Origin: Basidiobolus heterosporus B8920
Taxonomy: Eukaryota
Reading direction: 5' to 3'
Length of the DNA stretch: 36,386 nt
NCBI GenBank assembly: GCA_000697455.1
Contig: JNET01028801.1
Coordinates: forward strand, 1 to 36,386
Part shown: piece after piece, positions 35,336-36,386 of the stretch
How the letters are laid out: each line of letters opens with the position of its first letter
How positions within the stretch are numbered: position 1 is the stretch's first letter
Program-made: the position numbers and the translations under genes
The notes under the pieces: model-generated
The model's database searches: none
The model's input: only the letters and a program-made list of their open reading frames with translations
What the model was told of the DNA's origin: nothing

Positions 35336-35941
35336 CTATAGGCGATCTGGATTCTTGTCAGCGCATTTCTCCACCAACGCGTAGATAGTCGGCCTTACAG
35401 AAAAATGGTTCAGAAAACAGTGTTGATTTCTCCTTAACTAGTAAACCTCACCGGTTACTTCTGGAGCTTAGACCAAGCTTATTCGGCAACTGCTCTTGCT
35501 TTGCAGTTTCGCAGCGATTACCGGTTTCTGTTGATTAGCTCATGTTAGTAACTACCTTGAGAAAATTCTTTGAGGGGTTGAGTCATTTACCAGCTAGAAA
35601 TACTGATAAGGTATGCGAGAGGCCTCGTTTTGCCAAATACTCAATAAAGATCTGATCTACTAAAGATGTAAGTTCTTCGTGGTCCTTTTCTTTCTCCTAA
35701 AACAGAATTCCCAGAGAACAAATGGTAAGTTGGCACCGCTTACAGGAAGGGGTTAAATCTAAACAACTTCATGTGAATCGTCTAACAAAGCCAATATGTC
35801 ACTTCGAAGCTTGGCACGGATAGAAGATAGGGATCCGCGCTCCTCTAAGGCTCTTTTCAATACTGATACAATAAGCACCCTTTTTTTAACCCTTCATATG
35901 AAGAACCAGATACCTTGCTTCAGCTCTTCTACGTCCCCCAT
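35336..35941 (-). CDS. CEP20: CEP20/FOR20 (FOPNL)-like TOF/LisH protein, ~120 aa
   Basis: Exons 35941-35914, 35862-35768, 35696-35591, 35527-35452 and 35393-35336 (363 nt, all GT-AG; the second donor GTTGTT is weak). Translation: MGDVEELKQVLKRALEERGSLSSIRAKLRSDILALLDD..LVDQIFIEYLAKRGLSHTLSVFLAETG..RPTIYALV. Confidence 0.78.
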
Positions 35942-36386
35942 ACTGAGCGATTACACAAATAGAGTAATTTGGAATTATTGAAACATAATCAACATTTAAA
36001 TGCACACAAGAAAATTGATTTTCACGAATGTTTCTTGAAATCGCTTTTATTTAGCCTAGCTAACCATGATTGTCCCTATCAAGAATTGAGGGATTTTCGA
36101 ATTTTACGGTTAAGATGCTAGGTGACTTAACACCAACAGGTGAGAGAATACCAGTCAATAAATATTACTGCTAGATCGAGTTTGTAAAATTTCGATCATT
36201 TTAATGATAAAGAATGTGAAGAATCGATAAAGAGAAAGTTCAAATACGACGTGGGGAAGGATTGAGCTTGAAAGTAACCCTGGAATGGATAAAGTCAAGA
36301 AAATATGCAAAGGTGGTGATATTTTGGGTAAAAGAAACTACAAATGATTAGCCACAAATTCCTGTAAAGATATGTTCAATGTGAAT

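Noticed and set aside
35796..35981. 61-aa plus-strand ORF
   Set aside because: Antisense to the spliced CEP20-like gene.

Overview
Gene-dense eukaryotic DNA with short (about 50-115 nt) spliceosomal introns. The gene content suggests an early-diverging, non-Dikarya fungus, possibly Basidiobolus-like (inference). I reconstructed 17 protein-coding genes by hand-splicing: an RNAi-type RdRP (running off the left end), a PDK/BCKDK-family kinase, RPN10, a DinB-family protein, an HMG-box protein, a novel repeat protein, SYF1, a compact BRCA1-like protein, a Rap1 GTPase, an 8-homeodomain protein, a Mid2-like membrane protein, VMA2, a trypsin with a GPI-like tail, MetRS, calreticulin, a Rua1/DUF4451 protein and CEP20/FOR20. 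RdRP and CEP20 are absent from the ORF track. Highlights: (1) a ~594-aa protein built from eight tandem homeodomains, five interrupted by an intron at the identical codon; (2) a ~496-aa BRCA1 homolog with RING, tandem BRCT and an apparent PALB2-type coiled-coil exon; (3) two minor-spliceosome (U12) introns, one AT-AC; (4) a hidden centriolar CEP20/FOR20 gene; (5) a mammalian-type ERSE-like element upstream of a KDEL calreticulin. No rRNA, tRNA, CRISPR or transposon was recognised. Family assignments come from remembered motifs, not database searches.
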